This document shows, piece after piece, positions 10,108 through 15,979 of a DNA stretch of 15,979 bases. The position numbers and the translations under genes were made by a program. The stretch's first letter is position 1. Each line of letters opens with the position of its first letter. The notes beneath the pieces are model-generated. The model had not been told where the DNA came from. It did no database searches and saw nothing but the letters and a program-made list of their open reading frames with translations. The DNA comes from a candidate division FCPU426 bacterium (GTDB lineage: Bacteria > Oederibacteriota > Muellerivitia > Muellerivitales > Muellerivitaceae). The stretch is from positions 1 to 15,979 of the forward strand of contig CAWHOE010000062.1 of assembly GCA_963830915.1 (NCBI GenBank). The letters run 5' to 3'.

Positions 10108-10476
10108 ATGTTAAAAAATTCGATCATCATCAGCTTGTTCATCCTCGGCTTCGTTTCCCTGGGGATCATTTCCTGCGGACAAAATACCTCCGACATCATC
10201 TTGAACCTTGATACCGGCGGGTCGACCTGCAATGTGGTGGTGACGATCGACGGGGGAAGCCCTGTCACTGAGACCACGTCCGGGAACTATACCGTCTATT
10301 CCAATGTCAAGGCAGGCGACCATCTGATCACCGTTACAACGCCATCGGTTAATTGTACCTACTCCTCAGGTCTAGCCCCTTGCCACACGGCCTGTAACTT
10401 CACGATGTCGGGTCCTAACCACACGATCACGGTCGGCGCCGCCTGTGGCTCGAGTTTCTCAGGTTCCTGCGACTAA
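10108..10476 (+). CDS. Small Cys-rich putative lipoprotein, unknown function (beta-rich, PEGA/Ig-like pattern)
   Basis: MLKN plus a hydrophobic stretch and lipobox-like IISC(23). It has six further Cys, VVVTIDG and GDHLITV strand motifs, and an AAGGGG RBS upstream. Confidence 0.8.
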   Translation: MLKNSIIISLFILGFVSLGIISCGQNTSDIILNLDTGGSTCNVVVTIDGGSPVTETTSGNYTVYSNVKAGDHLITVTTPSVNCTYSSGLAPCHTACNFTMSGPNHTITVGAACGSSFSGSCD

Positions 10477-10522
10477 TATTCCAGAAAAAATTCAGCACGA
10501 TCGTATCATTGTGCCGCCTTCG

Positions 10523-10551
10523 TTGTTTCCATTGCCCACTTCCGCTAAACT
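10523..10551 (+). promoter_or_regulatory. Candidate sigma70-type promoter for hemL
   Basis: TTGTTT-17 nt-TAAACT lies about 40 nt upstream of ATG 10590. The mirror arm reads the -35 box as TTGACT. Confidence 0.35.
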
Positions 10552-10589
10552 GTGTCTTGAGCGATCCGAGACGTTGAAAGAACGGTGAA

Positions 10590-11894
10590 ATGGCGAAAAA
10601 AATCCGAACCGATAGGTCCAAGAAACTCTTCGAGACGGCCCAAAAACATCTGGTCGGCGGGGTCAACAGCCCAGTAAGGGCTTTCAAGGGAGTGGGCGGT
10701 TCACCTCTTTTCTTTGCCCGGGGGAAAGGACCTTATCTGATCGATGTGGATGGAAACCGTTACATTGACTTGGTGGGTTCCTGGGGACCCTTGATCCTTG
10801 GGCACGCCCCCCGGGAGGTGCTGAACAAGGTCCAAAGGACAATGCGAAAAGGATTCACCTTTGGAGCTCCCTCGCCTTTGGAAACCGAGTTGGCGGTCCT
10901 GGTCAAGTTGGCCTACCCTTCCATCGAAAAAATACGTTTCGTTTCCTCCGGCACCGAAGCCACCTTCAGCGCGATCCGTTTGGCCAGGGCCGCGACTGGA
11001 AAAAAAAGGATCATCAAATTCGACGGATGTTACCACGGCCATGGGGATAGCCTCTTGGTCTCCGCCGGGAGTGGACCGGCCACCCTGGGTCTGCCCGACA
11101 GCCCGGGGGTGCCAGAGGAAATAGCATCCCTGACATTGAGCCTTCCTTACAACGATCTGACCGCGGTCGAGATGGCTTTTTCCAAGTTCAACGATATCGC
11201 CGCCATCATCGTGGAGCCGATCGCGGGGAATATGGGATTAGTCCCCCCCGCTCCCGGATTTTTGGAAGGTCTTCGGGGCTTGACCTTGGAAAATCAGGCG
11301 TTGTTGATATTCGACGAGGTGATGACCGGATCCCGTGTGGCCTTCGGCGGCGCACAGGAACTCTATGGAGTCAAACCGGACTTAACCACCCTGGGGAAGA
11401 TCATCGGCGGCGGATTGCCCGTGGGGGCATACGGTGGCAAGGAAGAACTGATGGATCAGGTGGCTCCCCTGGGGCCCGTTTACCAGGCAGGAACCCTCTC
11501 GGGGAATCCGGTCGCCATGGCCGCGGGTATCGCCACGCTGAAGTCATTATCCAACCGCAAGGCCTACCAAACGCTGGAAGAGATAGGGTCTTACGTTGAG
11601 GAAGGCATCCGTCGGGCTATTCAAAAGACCGGCGTTCCTGCCGTTTTTCAAAGGGTCGGAAGCATGGGGACCCTTTTCTTCGCCAAAGGGCCTATCCGTA
11701 ATTATGAGGAAGCTAAAAAAAGCGACAGAACCGCTTACGCCAGCTTTTTCTGGGGGATGGCCCAAAGGGGCGTTTATCTGCCCCCTTCTCAATTCGAGTG
11801 CTGGTTCTTTTCAACGGTTTTATTGCCGGACCATTCGAAGAAAATCGTCAGGTCCGTTGGAGAATGTTTGGAGGAAATCGGCAAAAATTGCTAA
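10590..11894 (+). CDS. hemL: Glutamate-1-semialdehyde 2,1-aminomutase
   Basis: Full-length 434 aa with [79 protein letters not shown] (PLP Lys), YQAGTLSGNP and PSQFE. Confidence 0.98.
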   Translation: MAKKIRTDRSKKLFETAQKHLVGGVNSPVRAFKGVGGSPLFFARGKGPYLIDVDGNRYIDLVGSWGPLILGHAPREVLNKVQRTMRKGFTFGAPSPLETELAVLVKLAYPSIEKIRFVSSGTEATFSAIRLARAATGKKRIIKFDGCYHGHGDSLLVSAGSGPATLGLPDSPGVPEEIASLTLSLPYNDLTAVEMAFSKFNDIAAIIVEPIAGNMGLVPPAPGFLEGLRGLTLENQALLIFDEVMTGSRVAFGGAQELYGVKPDLTTLGKIIGGGLPVGAYGGKEELMDQVAPLGPVYQAGTLSGNPVAMAAGIATLKSLSNRKAYQTLEEIGSYVEEGIRRAIQKTGVPAVFQRVGSMGTLFFAKGPIRNYEEAKKSDRTAYASFFWGMAQRGVYLPPSQFECWFFSTVLLPDHSKKIVRSVGECLEEIGKNC

Positions 11895-11922
11895 ACTTTC
11901 TAGGAAGTATAAGGAGGGCGCT

Positions 11923-12510
11923 TTGAGAAAGTTCAACGTTCATCAACTGGCTTATATGGCCTTATTTTTCCTGTTAGCGGGTTGCACCTTCTTGGCTTCC
12001 GTCGCCAAGGCGGAAGAGGAGATCGACCTGGGAGATTCGGGAAGTCAAACGACAACGGCCCAGTCCCCAACCACTCAGGCTCCGGTCATGGCCCCGACCA
12101 ATACCCCGATTCCCGAACAGGACTCTCAGGCCGAACCCACCCCTACCAGCGTTCCCGAACAGGATTATGAGCCGGTCCCTACCAAAGTTCCTGAAACCCA
12201 TCTCGCTCATGGCGTCCTGAAAATGAAGGACATTTACGAGGCCGGGATCAAGTATTACAAAAAAAAGGATTATGAGAAGGCCATTCGATATTTGAAAAGG
12301 GCGGTCAAATACAAACAAGACCGCTTCACCCCTAAATACTATTTTGCCGAGGCCTATGCCACGCTTGGCCTTACCTACGAATTCTATTACCCCGTGCCCA
12401 AGCACAAGAAGATCGCTTATTGGTACTACGCCTCGGCCTTGAAGTACGAGAAGAACAACAAGACGGCGTTGAAGCATATCCGTGAGGTCCGGAAGTACAA
12501 GAATCAGTAA
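11923..12510 (+). CDS. Exported protein with Pro/Thr-rich linker and C-terminal TPR-like domain
   Basis: TTG at 11923 is preceded by AAGGAGG (the longer ORF-track start overlaps hemL). It has a signal peptide ending VAKA/EEE, a PT-rich linker, and helices YEAGIKYYKKKDYEKAIRYLKRAV and AEAYATLGLTY. Confidence 0.8.
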   Translation: MRKFNVHQLAYMALFFLLAGCTFLASVAKAEEEIDLGDSGSQTTTAQSPTTQAPVMAPTNTPIPEQDSQAEPTPTSVPEQDYEPVPTKVPETHLAHGVLKMKDIYEAGIKYYKKKDYEKAIRYLKRAVKYKQDRFTPKYYFAEAYATLGLTYEFYYPVPKHKKIAYWYYASALKYEKNNKTALKHIREVRKYKNQ

Positions 12511-12516
12511 CCTCGG

Positions 12517-13800
12517 TTGGATAAAGGACAACTTTTGATCCTCAAAAGACGCCTCTTCTTCGCCTTGTTCCTTTTGTTCGCTCTGGTCGTTCCTTCCTGG
12601 CCGAGCGACCTGGCTCCCATATCGGTTTCTGTTTTCACCCTTTACGACTCACCCATTCGGCCCGTCGCTTTGACGAACAGCACTACCGATGGACTGGGTT
12701 TCGACTTCCTGGCAGAGTGGAACGCTTCCCACTACGCGTCCCTGGGTTTGAGCTACGAGACCACGACCTTCTATGCCCAGAAGAACTTCGCGGCCAGCAC
12801 CCTGAATTTCGAGGGGCGAGTTTTCCCTTTCGCCGGGATGAGACAGATGTTCGCGCCCTATATCATGGGCGGGGCTGGGTTGAACTTGGCTTCCGCTTCC
12901 GGGACCAACTGGGGCGGGAATTATATGCTGAAGGCGGCCCTGGGCAGCCGGATCACTTTCATCGCGCCCCTCTGCCTGGATTTCGCGGTGGAGAGCAAAT
13001 GGTTCGAGTCCGCGCCCAATGATTTTCAGACAGCTGGAGTAAGAGGCGGCGTCAGCTATTCCTTCGATTTTCCCCAATCAGGCTCGGCGTCATCTTCATC
13101 GTCCATGCCATCTTCATCGGCGCCTCCTCCGGTCAAGTCCACACCGACCATGACGCCTACCCTTATCCCCTTTGGATTCGGGACCAACACGCCCACGCCT
13201 CAAATTACTCTGGAGCCCACTTCCACCCCGACCCCCGTACCGACCGAATCAGAAATGACCATCCAGATCACCCCGGGAGCGGCGACGGCTGAAAGCACCT
13301 CGAACATGAAGAAGTATTACCATCTGGGGATGAAGGCGTTCGCCGTGAGAAAGTACCATACGGCCGTGGTGGATCTGAAAAGGTCCCTGTCCTATCAGGA
13401 ATCGAACGTTCTGTATTACTACTACGCCGAGGCTTACGCGACGCTGGGGGTCATTTACCAGTTCCATGAGACCCTTCCCAACCACGACCAGATCGCCATG
13501 ACCTACTACAAGAAGTCCCTGAAGATCGACCCGGATACCAAAGCGGCCAAGAAGTATTACAAACAGTTGAAGGCGAAGTTCGCGGCCCAGGCGAAAGCCA
13601 AGGCTAAAGCGAAGGCAAAGGCGAAACATAAGGCCAAACCGAAACCGACCCCTGTTACGTCCGATGGCGTGGCCCAAACGGTGTTGGATTCAACAGCCCC
13701 GGTGAGTCAGGCGCCCGCGCCGACCGCGGGGCCAACGAGCGTTCCGGCCTCATCGACTTCAGCCAGTCCCTCCAAAAACACGGATATCAGCATTCCGTGA
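12517..13800 (+). CDS. Exported multidomain protein: putative outer-membrane beta-barrel, S/P/T linker, TPR-like domain and AK/P-rich tail
   Basis: N-terminal hydrophobic signal. Alternating aromatic beta-strands include FAPYIMGGAGLNL and end at AGVRGGVSYSF. The TPR-like region includes AEAYATLGVIY and AMTYYKKSLKIDP, followed by an AKAKAKAKAK tract. The start codon (TTG) is uncertain. Confidence 0.78.
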   Translation: MDKGQLLILKRRLFFALFLLFALVVPSWPSDLAPISVSVFTLYDSPIRPVALTNSTTDGLGFDFLAEWNASHYASLGLSYETTTFYAQKNFAASTLNFEGRVFPFAGMRQMFAPYIMGGAGLNLASASGTNWGGNYMLKAALGSRITFIAPLCLDFAVESKWFESAPNDFQTAGVRGGVSYSFDFPQSGSASSSSSMPSSSAPPPVKSTPTMTPTLIPFGFGTNTPTPQITLEPTSTPTPVPTESEMTIQITPGAATAESTSNMKKYYHLGMKAFAVRKYHTAVVDLKRSLSYQESNVLYYYYAEAYATLGVIYQFHETLPNHDQIAMTYYKKSLKIDPDTKAAKKYYKQLKAKFAAQAKAKAKAKAKAKHKAKPKPTPVTSDGVAQTVLDSTAPVSQAPAPTAGPTSVPASSTSASPSKNTDISIP

Positions 13801-13834
13801 TCGGAAAAACCAGAATTTAATTTTTTATTGAGGA

Positions 13835-14617
13835 TCAGTTGATGGTCAGGCGGATGCGCTCGATCTTGGTGGCTTTGCCTGTCTCCGGTTCCACGGATAC
13901 GACCACCGCCTGGAGCAGGTAGGGAAGTTCCTCCGATACCTCGAAACGGTTCGGCGCGCCCGTGAGGAAACGCTGAAGAATGGGCTGGACCTTCATGCCG
14001 ATGATGGACTTGGGGGAACCGCTAAACCCGATATCGGTCAGATAGGCCGTCCCGCCCGGCAAGATCTCCTCATCGGCGGTCATCACATGGGTGTGCGTGC
14101 CGGTCACCGAGCTGACCCTTCCGTCCAAATACCATCCCATGGCCCTTTTCTCGCTGGTGGCCTCGCAATGCATATCCACCATGATGATCTTGGCCTTGCC
14201 TTGGACTTCCTGGATCGCGCGGTCGGCGGACTTGAAAGGACAGTCGATGTTGTACATGAAAACCCGTCCCATCAGGTTCAGCACCGCGATGGGGGTGCCT
14301 TTGCAGTCATAGATGCCTAAGCCGGTCCCGGGGTTCTCGACGGGGTAATTATGGGGCCTCAAAAGGCGAGGGTCCTTGCCCAGGATCTCGCGGACTTCCT
14401 TCTTGGACCAAACATGGTTGCCGGTGGTCACCACATCCACGCCTGTATCTAGGATGGCCTTGAAAGAATCGGGTTGGATGCCGGTACCGTTGGCCAGGTT
14501 CTCGCCATTGGCGATGACGAAATCGATGGAATGATCGTTCTTGACGCGGTCCATGGCGTTATGGACCGCGTGGCGGCCCGGTTTGCCCATGACGTCCCCG
14601 ATGATGAGTATGTTCAT
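13835..14617 (-). CDS. ymdB: YmdB-like (TIGR00282 family) metallophosphoesterase
   Basis: Contains MNILIIGDVMGKPG, IANGEN, TTGNHVW, NLMGRVFM, VDMHCEATSEK, GTHTHV and GTAYLTDIG. ATG at 14617 has a GGAGAG RBS. Confidence 0.93.
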   Translation of the reverse strand: MNILIIGDVMGKPGRHAVHNAMDRVKNDHSIDFVIANGENLANGTGIQPDSFKAILDTGVDVVTTGNHVWSKKEVREILGKDPRLLRPHNYPVENPGTGLGIYDCKGTPIAVLNLMGRVFMYNIDCPFKSADRAIQEVQGKAKIIMVDMHCEATSEKRAMGWYLDGRVSSVTGTHTHVMTADEEILPGGTAYLTDIGFSGSPKSIIGMKVQPILQRFLTGAPNRFEVSEELPYLLQAVVVSVEPETGKATKIERIRLTIN

Positions 14618-14714
14618 TTGTGGTTTCTCTCCGTAAGGTGGCACGAGATTAAACAAAAATGCCCCAAAAGACAACCTCTATAAGGCCGAATGGGAGGATT
14701 TGCGACCGGCCGTT

Positions 14715-15311
14715 CTATTGTTTTTTGCATCTTTCAAAGCCCTGCTCGGTGAGGATGGCCTGCATGGGAATATCCTTGTCCGTAGTGGGTACATGGGGCA
14801 CGATCTGGAAACTGTAGCCCAAACCGACCACAAGACATGATCTCTTCAGCAAGGGAAGGACCCGGTCGTAATAACCCTTCCCGAATCCCAGACGGTTACC
14901 ATGACGGTCGAAGGCCAGACCGGGGACCAGGACCATGTCCAATTCTTCCCAAGCGGCGTTATGCGGCTCGGTGGGTTCCAGGATGCCATAGGGGCCCGGT
15001 TTCAGGTTCTTCAAGTCGGTGACGGGGAAATAGTCGAAATGGGTTTTTTGTTTGACCACTTTGGGCAGGTATATATCTTTTCCGTTGGAAATGGCCCCTT
15101 CCAAGATGGGATAGGTGTTGATCTCGTGGGGGATTGAGGCGAAAGCACCGATCCCTTTGGCCTTCTGGAATTCAGGGAGGACTTGCAAATGGCTCCATAC
15201 CCCCAGCGCGGCCGCCTCGGCCTGGGAGGGAATGACCTGATCGCGGACGAACTTCAGTTTTTCCCGAAGAACGGTTTTTTCGTCGGGAATGGGGTTATCC
15301 TTGGGTTTCAT
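14715..15311 (-). CDS. 5-formyltetrahydrofolate cyclo-ligase
   Basis: Contains EK..LR, YLPKV, GPYGILEP, VPGLAFDRHGNRLGFGKGYYDR, QIVPHVP and DIPMQAILTE. Confidence 0.95.
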   Translation of the reverse strand: MKPKDNPIPDEKTVLREKLKFVRDQVIPSQAEAAALGVWSHLQVLPEFQKAKGIGAFASIPHEINTYPILEGAISNGKDIYLPKVVKQKTHFDYFPVTDLKNLKPGPYGILEPTEPHNAAWEELDMVLVPGLAFDRHGNRLGFGKGYYDRVLPLLKRSCLVVGLGYSFQIVPHVPTTDKDIPMQAILTEQGFERCKKQ

Positions 15312-15978
15312 CGGGACTTTCTTTCAAGGGTTGGGACCTGGCCAGTTCGTTCAAGTGCTCCATCCAAGTTTTGATCTTAGCCTCGTAGCCGAGGGTAGTG
15401 GGGATGTAATACTTTCCGACCTCGGGGGCGTAAAGCTGTTTTACGTAATGGTCCTGGAAATCATGGGCGTATTGATATCCCTCGCCATGGCCCAAGACCT
15501 TGGACCCGGGATAGTGGCCGTCTTTAAGGTGGACCGGAACTTCCTTCATGGACTCGTTCTTGACGTCCTCGGTCGCGTTCTCCAGCCCCATATAGGAAGC
15601 GTTGCTTTTGGGAGCGCAGGCCAGATAAACCGTCGCTTGGGCCAGGGGAATACGTCCCTCAGGAAGTCCCAGGAACTCGAAGGCCTGCTGGGCCGCCAAG
15701 GCCACCTGGATGCCCTGGGGGTCGGCGTTCCCCACGTCCTCGGAGGCGGAAATGACCAATCGGCGGGCGATGAAACGGGGGTCCTCGCCGGCGTAGAGCA
15801 TCTTGGCGAGCCAGTAGAGGGCCGCGTCCGGATCCGAACCCCTGATGCTTTTGATGAAAGCGGAGATGGTGTCGTAGTGCTGATCCCCGGAAGCGTCATA
15901 CTGGATCATCCTTTTCTGGATGGATTCCTGGGCGACCTCCAGGTTGAAATGGATGACACCCTCCTTATCCGGCGGAGT
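15295..15978 (-). CDS. rarA: Replication-associated recombination protein A (RarA/MgsA), C-terminal part; runs off the window edge
   Basis: Contains YDASGDQHYDTISAFIKSIRGSDPDAALYWLAKML, GEDPRFIARRLVISASEDVGNADP, LACAPKSNASY, VPVHLKD and GYQYAHD. It overlaps the cyclo-ligase start by 17 nt. Confidence 0.96.
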   Translation of the reverse strand, partial: TPPDKEGVIHFNLEVAQESIQKRMIQYDASGDQHYDTISAFIKSIRGSDPDAALYWLAKMLYAGEDPRFIARRLVISASEDVGNADPQGIQVALAAQQAFEFLGLPEGRIPLAQATVYLACAPKSNASYMGLENATEDVKNESMKEVPVHLKDGHYPGSKVLGHGEGYQYAHDFQDHYVKQLYAPEVGKYYIPTTLGYEAKIKTWMEHLNELARSQPLKESPDETQG

Positions 15979-15979
15979 G

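Noticed and set aside
10372..10398. c-type heme attachment motif in the lipoprotein (APCHTAC)
   Set aside because: It is not CxxCH, because there is no Cys three residues before the CH.
11596..11922. Long N-terminal extension of the TPR protein overlapping hemL
   Set aside because: A strong AAGGAGG RBS before TTG 11923, immediately followed by a signal peptide, indicates the real start.

Overview
The informative sequence is 5849-15979. It holds a bacterial tetrapyrrole cluster on the + strand: 5'-truncated hemC, a cobA-hemD fusion, a DUF559 endonuclease cassette, hemB, a small Cys-rich lipoprotein and hemL. Two exported proteins with paralogous TPR-like domains follow, then a convergent - strand block (rarA partial, 5-formyl-THF cyclo-ligase, YmdB-like phosphoesterase). 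The dominant structure is a giant fold-back: about 744-5823 is an error-ridden reverse complement of 5849-11026, joined by a 25-nt loop inside hemC. This is most probably an amplification or long-read chimera rather than biology, so the many short ORFs in 744-5823 are not independent genes. The mirror arm restores the DUF559 frameshift and partly supports repair of the hemB frameshift, which suggests both are sequencing errors. Bases 1-743 are compositionally different, GC-rich DNA with a damaged tRNA-Ser(GGA), probably a second chimeric junction. The most interesting candidate biology is two different inverted-repeat element families inside the hem cluster (a hairpin-IR-flanked DUF559 cassette, and an ORF-less 9-nt-periodic IR element with a solo copy absorbed into the cobA-hemD tail), plus the uncharacterised lipoprotein and TPR/beta-barrel proteins. 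No database searches were possible; all calls come from motif recognition and by-eye alignment.
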